The notes below the pieces were generated by a model. That model did not search any database. It was not told where the DNA came from and worked only from the letters and a program-made list of their open reading frames with translations. The translations under genes and the position numbers were made by a program. Positions 1 to 10,103 of a DNA stretch of 64,000 nt are shown here, in pieces. Source of the DNA: an uncultured Chloroflexia bacterium (GTDB lineage Bacteria > Chloroflexota > UBA6077 > JACCZL01); contig CAVXYC010000023.1 of NCBI GenBank assembly GCA_963765765.1, forward strand, positions 419,927-483,926. Reading direction: 5' to 3'. Numbering within the stretch: position 1 is the first letter of the stretch; the number at the start of each line of letters is the position of its first letter.

Positions 1-1
1 G

Positions 2-2764
2 AACCCAGAGCGCATTCAGATGCCCGATATCGACATGGACTTCGCCGACGATCGGCGCGAGGAAGTCATCCAGTACGTCGTGGATCGCTACGGCCGCGAT
101 CACGTTTCGCAGATCGTGACCTTTGGACGACTACTGGCACGTGCTGCCATCCGCGACGCGGGTCGGGCAATGGGCTACCAGCTCAGCGAGATTGATCGCG
201 TCACCAAGATGATCCCGCAAATCCCGGTGGGCTTGAAGATCGACGACGCGCTGCGAATGAACCGCGAGTTCTCGCAGCTCTACGATGGCGACCCTCGCGT
301 AAAGATGCTCGTGGATCGCGCCAAATCCATTGAGGGTGTCACCCGCCACGCCTCCACGCACGCTGCCGGGGTGGTCGTCTCTCGCGATCCCCTTACGGAC
401 CACGTGCCGCTGGCCCGAGTAGCCAAGAACGACGACATGGTCATGACCCAGTACTCCCAGAAGGGGTTGGAGAAGATCGGTCTGCTCAAGATGGACTTCC
501 TGGGCCTGGCCAACCTGACCATGCTGGAAAAGGCAATCCGCAACGTCGAGGAGACTCGCGGAAACAAGGTCGATCTGGCCACCATGCCGCTGGACGATCA
601 GAAGACCTACGACATGCTGGCGCGCGGCGAGACCAATAGCGTGTTCCAGCTTGAAGGTCGCGGCATGACGCGCTACATCCAGGAGTTGAAGCCGCAGACC
701 ATTCATCACCTCGCGGCCATGATCTCGCTCTATCGCCCCGGGCCCATGGCGCACATTCCGTCGTATATCGCACGGAAGGACGGCCGCGAGAAGGTCCACT
801 ACCTGGATGACTCCCTCGTTCCGTTGCTCGAGGAGACGTACGGCATCATCGTTTACCAGGACCAGGTCCTACAGCTTGTCCAGAAAGTGGCCGGCTACTC
901 GCTGGGCCAGGCCGATATCCTGCGTCGCGCCATGGGTAAAAAGATTGCCGAAGAGATGCGTCAAGAGAAGGCGCATTTCGTCGATGGCGCTACCAAGCAG
1001 GGATACAAAAAGGACGTTGCCGAGAAGCTCTGGGAGTACATCGAGCCGTTTGCCGGATATGCGTTCAATAAGGCGCATGCCGTCTGTTACGCCTACACCT
1101 CCTATCAAACGGCGTACTTCAAGGCGAACTTTCCCGTTGAGTGGATGGCCGCTGTGCTCACCACTGAAGCGCTGGATACGGCCAAGGTGGTCTCGGTCAT
1201 CGGCGAGTGCCGTCGTCTGGGAGTGCCGCTGCTGCCCCCTAGCGTCAATCGCAGCAAGCCGCGGTTTACGGTCGAGGCAATCTCCGATGAAGATGGTCAC
1301 ACGTCCGATTCCGACGGAGAGCCGCTACTGGGCATCCGATACGGACTCGCCGCCGTTAAGAATGTGGGTGAAGGCGCAGTAGAGCTGCTGATTGCCGAGC
1401 GCGAGGCCAACGGCCCGTTCCAGACCTTCGAGGAATTTTGTCGCCGTGTGGACCTGCGCACGATGAACAAGCGAGTCATCGAAGCGCTGATCAAGTGTGG
1501 CGCCATGGACGAGTTCGGCGAGCGCGCGCAGCTACTGGCTGCGGTCGACCAGTTTATGGCCGCGGGCCAGCGAGATCAGAAGGCCATGGGCGCGGGCCAG
1601 ACGAGCCTGTTCGATCTCGGAGACTCGAGTAGCGCACCGGCGGTGAGCGTCAGTTTGCCCAACATCACGCCCGCGGGCACCGAGCAGCGTCTCGCCTGGG
1701 AGAAGGAAGCCCTAGGGCTCTATTTCTCGGAGCACCCATTTGAGCGAGCTTCTCGCTGGTTAAGCTCACGGGTCACCGTTGATACCAGTCAGGTCACACC
1801 TGAGATCAGCGGAGAAATGGTGACTGTCGCGGGGATCATCACCGAGGTGCGGCGCATTATCACCAAGCGGAATGAGACGATGGCACGCGTGATCGTGGAA
1901 GACCTCCACGGATCGGTGGAAGTGATCGCCTTCCCCAAGACGTATGAGCGCACTGCCGAAGCCTGGAAAGAAGACGCCGTCGTCATCCTTCAGGGAAAGG
2001 TCGAAGTTCGCGAGGAGCAGGTCCAGATCTTGTGCGAGACTGCTGACCTCTGGACTATTCCTGAGGGTCAGGAGCCGCCGCCTCCGCTCTACAGCCAGCA
2101 GAGTGAAACAAGTCGGCCAAATGGGCATGGCTATCGGATGCAGCGCTCCTCGCCCAATGAGAATGAACACTCCCAGAACAACGGGGCAAAGAGTACTAGG
2201 ACGAACGGGACCAATGGCCATGCTGCGACGGCAACTGCCAATGGCGACAACGCCGATCGTCCACCGATCTCCATGAAGTTGACGCTACGGCGTACCGGCG
2301 ATGCGCCCGCCGACATACGCACGCTCGAGAAGCTTCACAAGCTCCTCGAGTCCGCGAACGGCAAAGACCCGTATGAGCTCGAGCTTGTATCCACGCAGAA
2401 GCGAGTTCGTATTGAGGCGCCTGACTCAAAAACTGACTTTAATGCTGATCTGGAGATTGCCCTCCGCCGCCTACTCGGCGCGGAGAACGTCGTCGTGCAA
2501 GCGGCCATGATGCCGATGCCCGAAGGGCCCGCCACCGACCTGGAGCCGCCGCCATTCCCGGATCCAATCATGGACTATGAACCGGATGACGATGTTGAGG
2601 CGTACTTCCCTCCGCCGCCCTCGGTTGCTACGAGCCCGAAGCCACCAGCGGACGATCCCGAAGAAGCCCTCATGGCCGCGCGAATCTCCGGCAATCTGCT
2701 CCCCGGAGAATCACCCCTGCCAGGCGTCGAGGCGCGGCGATCATGGTGGAGTAACGAGGATTGA
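2..2764 (+). CDS. dnaE: DNA polymerase III alpha subunit (5' part lies before window)
   Basis: Motifs PDIDMDF, STHAAGVV, KMDFLGL, YRPGPM, YQDQV, RRAMGKK, YAFNKAHA; OB-fold region; frame open from position 2. Confidence 0.97.
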   Translation, partial: NPERIQMPDIDMDFADDRREEVIQYVVDRYGRDHVSQIVTFGRLLARAAIRDAGRAMGYQLSEIDRVTKMIPQIPVGLKIDDALRMNREFSQLYDGDPRVKMLVDRAKSIEGVTRHASTHAAGVVVSRDPLTDHVPLARVAKNDDMVMTQYSQKGLEKIGLLKMDFLGLANLTMLEKAIRNVEETRGNKVDLATMPLDDQKTYDMLARGETNSVFQLEGRGMTRYIQELKPQTIHHLAAMISLYRPGPMAHIPSYIARKDGREKVHYLDDSLVPLLEETYGIIVYQDQVLQLVQKVAGYSLGQADILRRAMGKKIAEEMRQEKAHFVDGATKQGYKKDVAEKLWEYIEPFAGYAFNKAHAVCYAYTSYQTAYFKANFPVEWMAAVLTTEALDTAKVVSVIGECRRLGVPLLPPSVNRSKPRFTVEAISDEDGHTSDSDGEPLLGIRYGLAAVKNVGEGAVELLIAEREANGPFQTFEEFCRRVDLRTMNKRVIEALIKCGAMDEFGERAQLLAAVDQFMAAGQRDQKAMGAGQTSLFDLGDSSSAPAVSVSLPNITPAGTEQRLAWEKEALGLYFSEHPFERASRWLSSRVTVDTSQVTPEISGEMVTVAGIITEVRRIITKRNETMARVIVEDLHGSVEVIAFPKTYERTAEAWKEDAVVILQGKVEVREEQVQILCETADLWTIPEGQEPPPPLYSQQSETSRPNGHGYRMQRSSPNENEHSQNNGAKSTRTNGTNGHAATATANGDNADRPPISMKLTLRRTGDAPADIRTLEKLHKLLESANGKDPYELELVSTQKRVRIEAPDSKTDFNADLEIALRRLLGAENVVVQAAMMPMPEGPATDLEPPPFPDPIMDYEPDDDVEAYFPPPPSVATSPKPPADDPEEALMAARISGNLLPGESPLPGVEARRSWWSNED

Positions 2765-2846
2765 GATCGTGCTTGCGGAACCATTTCTCATTTCACCGGC
2801 CACTGTGTCTGTGCTCGGCTCCTTCGCGTTAGTCTGAACGATGTGA

Positions 2847-3010
2847 ATGAAAAAGATCGACGCACTCGAAGCCGGAGCGCCTTCATGATGAAGTGCCGCG
2901 GGTGAGAGCATTGCCATCACTCGGCTGGGCCAGACAGTCGCCGAGCTCGTCCCACCTCGGACCCAGGTTGTTCAGGATGCTATAACGAGCGCTCGAAGAG
3001 TGGCGCGGCT
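2847..3010 (+). pseudogene. Degenerate Phd/YefM-type antitoxin remnant
   Basis: Broken frames read MKKIDALEA / GESIAITRLGQTVAELVP, resembling the Phd 'GEEIVITRHGKPVARLVP' pattern; internal stop, no toxin partner. Confidence 0.55.
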
Positions 3011-3117
3011 ACCGTGCCAGGCAAGGACTTCGTCTCAGTGCCTCTCGCTCCGCGAAATGACCAAGGGCGATCGCCGGTAGGGCTCTTTCCACGACCCAAC
3101 CATGTGCGCTCTGCCCC

Positions 3118-3744
3118 TCAGACCTCTTTGAGCGTCGCCCTCATCCGCTCTCCCAAAGCCTGTTGATCTGGGTCATCGCTGGTAATTAGCCGATCCAGTA
3201 CGTGCTTCTGATCGACCGCGGGGCGGTTCTGACTGACTTTGAACTTGCCCTCCAGCCGCGTGATCGGTATCTCAAATGCAACGATGCCCTTCACCATGCC
3301 GGCGTAGTATTCATCCGGCAGGTCCATGACCCAGGGCTCGTCCCGCCCGGTTTCGTTGGTCTTGACGAGTCGTTCCAGCACTGAGCGAACGTCGGCCTCG
3401 TCGTTGATGATGTGTGGTTTGCCGTAGGCATGCACCACGGCGTAGTTCCATGTCGGGACGCTCGGATGCACCTCGTACCAGGATGGTGAGATGTAACCAT
3501 GCTCGCCCTGGAAGATGACCAGCGCATCGTCCCCGTCGACGAAATCTCGCCACTGGGGATTGGCTCGCGCCATGTGAGCGATGAGGGTGCCATCGTCGCC
3601 AGATTCGCGATCCAGCATGAACGGCAAGTGACTCGCAATGAGGCCGTTCTGCGCGTGCGTCACAAGCGTGGCGAAGCTAAACCGTTCAATGACCTCGAAA
3701 ATGGCCGATTTGTCATGAACGGCGAAGAGCGGCGGAATGTACAC
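3118..3744 (-). CDS. paiB: PaiB-family FMN-binding negative transcriptional regulator
   Basis: VYIPPLF start (GTG 3744), AHMARANPQW, YISPSWY, VPTWNY, KFKVSQN. Confidence 0.88.
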   Translation of the reverse strand: MYIPPLFAVHDKSAIFEVIERFSFATLVTHAQNGLIASHLPFMLDRESGDDGTLIAHMARANPQWRDFVDGDDALVIFQGEHGYISPSWYEVHPSVPTWNYAVVHAYGKPHIINDEADVRSVLERLVKTNETGRDEPWVMDLPDEYYAGMVKGIVAFEIPITRLEGKFKVSQNRPAVDQKHVLDRLITSDDPDQQALGERMRATLKEV

Positions 3745-3781
3745 AAGCCAACCTCCGGAGCTAAACGATAGCACCAGGGCA

Positions 3782-3804
3782 TGTAGTGAGCGCTTCAGCG
3801 CTTT
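3782..3804 (+). repeat. Single GTAG-type REP-like unit
   Basis: TGTAGTGAGCGCTTCAGCGCTTT, identical to the arm of the 14078-14234 element. Confidence 0.7.
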
Positions 3805-3834
3805 GCCAAGGGACGCACGGGACGTAACAGAGCC

Positions 3835-6464
3835 CTACGTATTCCTTTCGTCTGGCATGGCTCCAATCGTCACTGTTCCCGCATCGCCATCGACGGTGAT
3901 CGTCTGGCCATTCTTGATGAATTGCGTGCCCTGGCCTGTGCCCATGACGGCTGGGATACCGTACTCGCGCGCCACAATGGAGCCGTGCGCGAGTACGCCG
4001 CCGATGTCAGTTACCAGACCGCGGGCGTGGGCGAAGAGCGGCGTCCAGGCCGGTGTGGTGATCGGGCAGACTAGGATAGTCCCGGGTTGCATTGCGCCAA
4101 ACTCAGCCGGGGACATGACGACGCTCGCAGGAGCGGTGACTCGACCCGGACTGACCGCAAAGCCTTTGAGAACGTTGGTCGTTGATTCATTGCGTCGCTG
4201 CGTCTCGCGGGCTGAAAGATCGATGACGCCGATGTGGAACTTGTACTCGGGCGGTACCGCGGCGGGCGGATGGAGCCGCAAGCGGGAGCTCCTCAGGTCT
4301 CGTCGATCCCTCGCCGTACGCGCCAGATCGCGGCGTGGTTCGCCACGCGCCCGCGCCGCGATACCGCCCTGCAGCTCGCTGCAATTGAGATAGAACACGT
4401 CATCGGCTTTGTGCAGCGTGCCGGATTCGACCATTCGCCGCCCAAGCTCTAGCGCCATCTTCCGAAGAGTTGGCCAACCGTAGCCCAGGTAGAAGAGCGC
4501 TTCCTCTCTATTGGGCGCGAATCTCCACGCCCAACTCAACAGCCGCTTGAAGATCTTGCGACGAATTGGATCAAGCGATCTGCTCGTCTCACGAGCTAGA
4601 GCGTTGCGCTCCCGCACAATGCGTTGTCGGCGAGTCGTCGTGTCGACGCGTGACTGAGCAGCCATGGCCTTCAGCGTCACCAGGACTGGAAGTGGGTCGT
4701 CCATTTGCGTCGGCTCCACAAAGTCCAGGCTGTAGATCTGGTGACCGTAGCGCGCGAAATAGCTTTTCAGTCCCTGCATCAGTCGCGTTGCGTCCGCCCG
4801 ATGTTCCAGCACGGTGAGCAAGTCCTCGGCCGATGCCTCAGAGAACAGCGACTGGAGAGAGCTGGATCGGCGGACCTGATCCGCTAGAGATTCGAGCTCT
4901 TCTTCGGAATCCAGTGTCTTCGAGGGGAGTCCTCGCAGGAGCTGACTACTATGAAGATTCTTACCAGGTATGAACGAAATTAGGAATGAGTCAAGGAGGC
5001 TGTCGGTTACTTTGGCCTGACCGATGACCAATGCCGCGTTGAACCAATAGCTGGCGTCTGCCCAGGTGATGCTCCGGATTCCTTCAAGCAGCATTGCATC
5101 ATTCGTCTGGCGCGGGTCAAGCGCTTTCCAGCGGTCGACTTCGGCGAGATAGGTCGGGATGGCCTGATCCTTCCAGGCCGGGACGGCATGTTTGAAGAGC
5201 GAAGGCAATCCTCGCGAGAACACCTTCGCGTAGAGGGCCACGGAGTCCCAGCCAATGCGCGTATCCGCGCGCATGTATGCGTAGCCGTTGACCGTGATGC
5301 ACAGCGGCCTATCCAGGAAGGCGCCAAGTGAGACACCCATATCGAGCACGTCCATGACTTGATCGGCCGATCGTTCAAGCCCCTGACCTAGATAGAGCTC
5401 GTCGAACAACGGCGAAAGCGGACCCGGTATGTGCTCTACGATCTGGCGGCGGATCCACTTAGCTCCAGGGATCGGCGATTCCCATCGCACGTCGCGCAGC
5501 GGCGGAGCGGGTAGTCCCGTAATTGGGCGTGACTGCAGTAGCCAGAGTCGACCCTCGGCAAAAGCCCATTCGATATCCTGCGGTACATCATCGAAGTGCT
5601 TCTGGAGTCGCATGCCCAGCGTGCCCAGCTCTTTGAGCTGTGCATCGGTCAGCGCACGCTCGGCTTGCTGCGCAGCACCGACGGTGACCATTTCGGTACC
5701 GTCGGTGCTGGTAACGATCTTCTGAGATTTTTCACCGATCTGAACGGTGACGATGGAAAGGTCGTGATTCCTCAGCGTGTACGTATCCGGCGTCACCTGA
5801 CCGCCGACTACCGCCTCGCCCAGACCGTAACTGGCATTGACGACTAGCTCGGCTCGGTCGCCGGTGGCGGGGTTGGCGGTGAACAGGATGCCGGCGACAT
5901 CGGCTGGCACCATCGCTTGAACGACAACGCCCATCGCCACACCGCGATGATCGATCCCGAGCCGATCGCGATAGTGAATCGCCCGCTCAGTCCAGAGGGA
6001 AGCCCAGCATTTGCGCACCGCGGAGGCGAGCGCGTCGATTCCGCGTACATTGAGAAACGTGTCTTGCTGGCCGGCGAAGCTTGCCTCTGGAAGGTCCTCG
6101 GCGGTTGCCGATGAGCGAACTGCAACAGCCGTATCCCGCCCGACCAGACTGACGTAGGCCATACCCAGTTCCGATTGCAGCTCATCTCCGAGGGGTGTTA
6201 TCTCAATCTTCTTACGCAACGCCGCTATGAGCAATTCTGACGAGTCCTGAGAGCGCTCCGAGAGGACGCGATCGACCTCAGTGTCGAGCTTGTTCTCGAT
6301 CATGAATGCGCGATAGGCACCGGTGGTGACGTGGAAGCCGTCGGGCACAGGAAAGCCGGCCGCGCGTGTGCTGGCCAGCGACGCGCCCTTGCCGCCAACG
6401 CGTTCAATGGTGGCACTGGGATCGTCGAGTGGCAGGAGAAGAGGGGGAGCTGGGTTGCGCTCAT
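3835..6464 (-). CDS. PEP-utilising/PPDK-type phosphotransferase with rifampin-phosphotransferase-like architecture
   Basis: N-terminal GGKGASL, AVRSSATAEDL, SFAGQQDT, DIEWA, LQSRPIT; C-terminal His-swivel TTPAWTPLF, HGSIVAREYGIPAV; probable ATG 6464 separated by an indel in a C-run. Confidence 0.85.
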
Positions 6465-6529
6465 GGGTACTTCGAGTGCGTGGAGTGGTCTATCGACCCT
6501 TCACCTATAGATTAATCCTCTCCCCGTCA

Positions 6530-6572
6530 GAAGCCACGAAGGAGCGCGGAAATCCGCGCCCCTTCGTGGCTT
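6530..6572. terminator. Hairpin immediately after the DoxX stop
   Basis: AAGCCACGAAGGAGCGCGG-AAAT-CCGCGCCCCTTCGTGGCTT inverted repeat. Confidence 0.5.
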
Positions 6573-6574
6573 GA

Positions 6575-7102
6575 CTAGGCTGCTCGCTGGAGCTCTGATC
6601 CCGCTTCACTCTCGGCGGGCGCTCTGGTCGCAAGCGCTGCAATCACTCCGCCGATGGCCAGCACCAGCGTAACGATGAGCGTTTCGGGCATGGGAAGCGA
6701 GATACCGAGCGCAGCGTCCAGGGACCATGCCCCCGGGCCGCTTATGGCTACCGTCAGCGAAGCGGCGATGAGGACGAGCAGGTATTCGAGGCCGCCGTCC
6801 TGAGCCCAGAAGCGGGGCCAGTGCGCCAGGATGATGGCGATCAGCATGGCCGCGATGATGCTGACTGAGCCGAGCGGATTCAGGAGGCCAAGAGCGAGAA
6901 GCAGGCCACCACCCGCTTCACTCAATCCGGCCAGAAAAGCCCAGAACTTGCCCGGCCGCAACCGGAATTGATTCTCAAAGAAGCCGCCCACACCGACCAG
7001 GCCATAGCCTCCGAACCAACCAAAGAGCTTCTGAGCGCCATGACCGAACATGAGCGCGCCAATCACGAGACGCAATAGAAGCATCCCCAGGTCGTACGAC
7101 AT
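6575..7102 (-). CDS. DoxX-family membrane protein
   Basis: LLLRLVIGALMFGHGAQKLFGWFGG, GGLEY; divergent from an HxlR regulator, a typical pairing. Confidence 0.9.
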   Translation of the reverse strand: MSYDLGMLLLRLVIGALMFGHGAQKLFGWFGGYGLVGVGGFFENQFRLRPGKFWAFLAGLSEAGGGLLLALGLLNPLGSVSIIAAMLIAIILAHWPRFWAQDGGLEYLLVLIAASLTVAISGPGAWSLDAALGISLPMPETLIVTLVLAIGGVIAALATRAPAESEAGSELQRAA

Positions 7103-7206
7103 CGTTTCCTCCGCGGCGAGATCGAATGAACGATTCTTGGCTGATCTCGCTATAGTAGCTATATAAACAGTAGTTACTTGAAGAATATTCCCGGGCAGAG
7201 GACAAT

Positions 7207-7569
7207 GTGCGTATGACGGATCACGGAGAAGTTGGCGAGCTGTGCGTCGTCTATCACCGGGCAATTGAGCTGCTTGGTCGACGTTGGACCGGCGCCATCT
7301 TGCAGATCATGCTCGGTGGCACGCATCGCTTCAATGACATCGCGGCCGCCATCCCCGGCCTAACCGATCGCATGTTGTCTGAGCGACTCAAGGAGCTCGA
7401 GGCTGAGGGTATGATCACCCGCACCGTGATCCCTGATACGCCCGTCCGTGTTGAATACCGTCTCACGGAAAAGGGCGCCTCGGTGGGCCCGATCGTGCAA
7501 GCCATCGGCGTCTGGGCGCATGAGTGGCTGGCGGATGAATCGGAGTCAGTGCCTGCTGGGCACCGTTAG
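7207..7569 (+). CDS. HxlR-family winged-helix regulator
   Basis: ELLGRRWTGAIL, RFNDI, RMLSERLKELE, PVRVEYRLTEKG. Confidence 0.92.
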   Translation: MRMTDHGEVGELCVVYHRAIELLGRRWTGAILQIMLGGTHRFNDIAAAIPGLTDRMLSERLKELEAEGMITRTVIPDTPVRVEYRLTEKGASVGPIVQAIGVWAHEWLADESESVPAGHR

Positions 7570-7675
7570 CGAACATAGGAGGAAGGCAGGAATACCTGCC
7601 TACTTCATAAGTCCGTGGCCTGATATCTCCATGACATGAAGTCGAAAATCGGTTCTTGAGGTCCCTGCGTTCCTT

Positions 7676-8011
7676 TCACGACACCGCCGTACCGGGCGGT
7701 ACGTCGCGATCCGGGGTGAGCAATGAGAACTCCTCGCCCTCGGCTCGTCCGCCGGCGGCGAGGAGCATGCCCTGGCTCTCAATGCCGCGGATCTTCGCCG
7801 GCTCGAGATTGGCGACGATCACGATCGAGCGTCCCACGAGGTCTTCAGGCGCGCGGAAGTTGGCGATGCCTGAGACGATTGTTCGTTGTTCTGAGCCGAG
7901 ATCGATGCTCAGCTTGAGCAGCCGATCCGTTCCCTCAACCCGTTCCGCGGATAGGACCTTCGCAACCCGCAGGTCCAGTGTTTTGAATTGGTCGATGCTT
8001 ATGGTTTCCAT
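7676..8011 (-). CDS. Stand-alone tRNA-binding protein (MetG C-terminal/Trbp111/CsaA-like)
   Basis: ISIDQFKTLDLRVAKV, RTIVSGI, VANLEPAKIRGIESQGMLLAA; RBS AAGGAG upstream. Confidence 0.9.
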   Translation of the reverse strand: METISIDQFKTLDLRVAKVLSAERVEGTDRLLKLSIDLGSEQRTIVSGIANFRAPEDLVGRSIVIVANLEPAKIRGIESQGMLLAAGGRAEGEEFSLLTPDRDVPPGTAVS

Positions 8012-8133
8012 TGTGTCTCCTTTGTAGAGCGGGCGTCCCTGCCCTCCCCGGTGGCAGTCAGGACGCGTGGAGCTAAACGACTGTCCCCCGCCGGCGGGGC
8101 AGGGACTCCCCTCTAGAGCAATGCGCAGGGCGT

Positions 8134-8921
8134 CTAAAGCGACTTCACCGCCCCGCCATCCACGACGATGACCTGCCCGGTCACGTAGCTGGCCTTCTCC
8201 GAACAAAGGAATACCGCCACGTTCGCCAGCTCTTCCGGTGTTCCGAGGCGACCCATTGGTATCGCTGCGACGCTGGCCGCGCGGACTTCCTCGACGGTTT
8301 TGCCCAATCGTTCGGCGTTGGCCGCGTCGGTGTGATTCAGGCGTTCGGTGGCAATGCGGCCCGGCGCGATCACGTTCACGGTGATGCCTTCTTTCGCAAT
8401 CTCGTTTGAAAGAGACTTAGAAAGGCCGACCACGCCGGGGCGCACGCCGTTGGAAAGAATCAAGCCTTCGATCGGCTGCTTCACCGAACTGGAGGCGAGT
8501 GTCAGCAGACGACCCCATCCGCGCTCCTTCATCGAAGGTAAAACCGCGCGGTAGAGACGCACGGTGCTGAGAAGGTTTAGCTCGAAGGCCCGCTGCCAGG
8601 CTGCGTCGTCGAACATGTCGAACTGCCCCGCCGGCGGGCCACCGGCATTGTTGAACAGGATGTCGATCTGTCCCCACTTCGCCAGTGTCTGGTCTACGAC
8701 ACGCTGGATGTCCTCGGGGTTCGTGACATCCGCCGTCAGCGGTAAAAGCTCCGCGCTCGTCGCGCGCGAATCTCATCGGCCGCCGCGTCGATGCTCGTCT
8801 GATCGCGTGAGAACATCGCCACCTTTGCGCCCTCTGCAGCAAGCCCGGCGGCGACGGCTTTTCCTATACCTTTGCTCGATGCCGCGACGATCGCGACCCG
8901 GCCGGCGAGTCCTAGATCCAT
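8134..8921 (-). CDS. SDR-family oxidoreductase (frameshift near 8750)
   Basis: AASSKGIG nucleotide-binding motif in 8736-8921; GQIDILFNNAGGP, IPMGRLGTPEE, SYVTGQVIVVDGG in the downstream frame. Confidence 0.88.
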
Positions 8922-8942
8922 GTCAATCCATCCCCTCGAGTG

Positions 8943-9038
8943 AATGAAGAATTAAGAATGCAGAATGCAGAAGATCTAGGTTGTCCGCCAAAGGTGACCG
9001 ACATCGCTCAGCTTCATTCTGCATTCTAATTCTTCATT
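8943..9038. repeat. Inverted heptamer-repeat element
   Basis: AATGAAGAATTAAGAATGCAGAATGCAGAAG ... CTTCATTCTGCATTCTAATTCTTCATT. Confidence 0.7.
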
Positions 9039-9474
9039 TCCTAAGCACGTCCTCGATTACTTCCGCCGCTCTTCCTAGCAGCGCGATCTCGGAGGCCGGC
9101 AATCCTCTTAATAGCAATGCGAGCTGTTCTATGCGCCGACCTCGACCACGCTCCAGCACAGTCTTGCCATTCGGCGTGATGTGAATCCACTGCACGCGGC
9201 CATCCCCCTCATCAGCAATACGCTCAACGAGCCGGGCGCGCTCGAGCGCCGCGACGATTCGCGACATGGTCGGCCGCGAGACTTGCTCAGCGGTCGCGAG
9301 TCCGCTTAGCGTTTGCGGACCGCCAAATCCCACGACGGAAAGCGCCGAGAGTCGGGCGGCGCTGAGGCCCAGTGCCTCGTCTTCTTTGCGCAATCGCCGA
9401 AGCAGGTGAATGGCAGCCGAGTTGAGCGCCGACGCTACCTGCTCAGTCTGCGAAACAGGGCCGGGCTCGTTCAT
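9034..9474 (-). CDS. MarR-family regulator
   Basis: LSAARLSALS, LATAEQVSRPTMSRIVAALE, DGRVQWIHITPNG. Confidence 0.9.
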   Translation of the reverse strand: MNEPGPVSQTEQVASALNSAAIHLLRRLRKEDEALGLSAARLSALSVVGFGGPQTLSGLATAEQVSRPTMSRIVAALERARLVERIADEGDGRVQWIHITPNGKTVLERGRGRRIEQLALLLRGLPASEIALLGRAAEVIEDVLRK

Positions 9475-9575
9475 TGCACCATTACTCGCTCGGGCGTATA
9501 GTTGTCTATGCTAAGTAGTTTCAATAAACCCATGATCTACGAAGGCAAGGTGCCTCTTCAATCGGGAGGATACAC

Positions 9576-9971
9576 ATGACCGACGCTGTACCGGGACCAT
9601 CGCGCATCGGCCAGATCGCAATCAATATCAAGGACCTGGATCGCGCGGTCGCCTTCTATCGCGACGTGCTCGGCCTCACGTTTCTCTTCCAGGCGCCGCC
9701 CTCCTTGGCATTCTTCGACTGCGGTGGCGTGAGACTCATGTTGAGCCCGCCAGAAGGACCTGAGCACGATCATCCTTCATCGGTCATCTACTATGTTGTA
9801 GATGACATCCACGCCGCCCATGCGGACGTCGTTGGACGCGGCGCGGAATCGGTGGGAGAGCCTCACCTTCTCGCGAAAATGCCAGATCATGACCTCTGGA
9901 TGGCGTTCGTCAACGACACGGAGGGAAATGTGGTTGGCCTCATGAACGAGGTCCGGCCTCCCGCGGCGTAG
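9576..9971 (+). CDS. VOC/glyoxalase-family protein
   Basis: IGQIAINIKDLDRAVAFYRDVLGL, WMAFVNDTEGNVVGL; RBS GGAGG. Confidence 0.9.
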   Translation: MTDAVPGPSRIGQIAINIKDLDRAVAFYRDVLGLTFLFQAPPSLAFFDCGGVRLMLSPPEGPEHDHPSSVIYYVVDDIHAAHADVVGRGAESVGEPHLLAKMPDHDLWMAFVNDTEGNVVGLMNEVRPPAA

Positions 9972-9980
9972 CGGAGTCAC

Positions 9981-10080
9981 TTTGGACTGCGGCGGTCTTC
10001 GCCGCTTTCAGCGAGGCTGGAAGCCGACCTCCGTGTCGCTCCGCTCGGTGGGAAAGCGGCGAAGACCGCCGCAGTCCAAA
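9981..10080. repeat. REPIN/MITE-like inverted repeat
   Basis: 29-bp perfect inverted arms TTTGGACTGCGGCGGTCTTCGCCGCTTTC, each self-palindromic. Confidence 0.8.
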
Positions 10081-10103
10081 ATTGGATCGAATGGACTTGT
10101 CTT

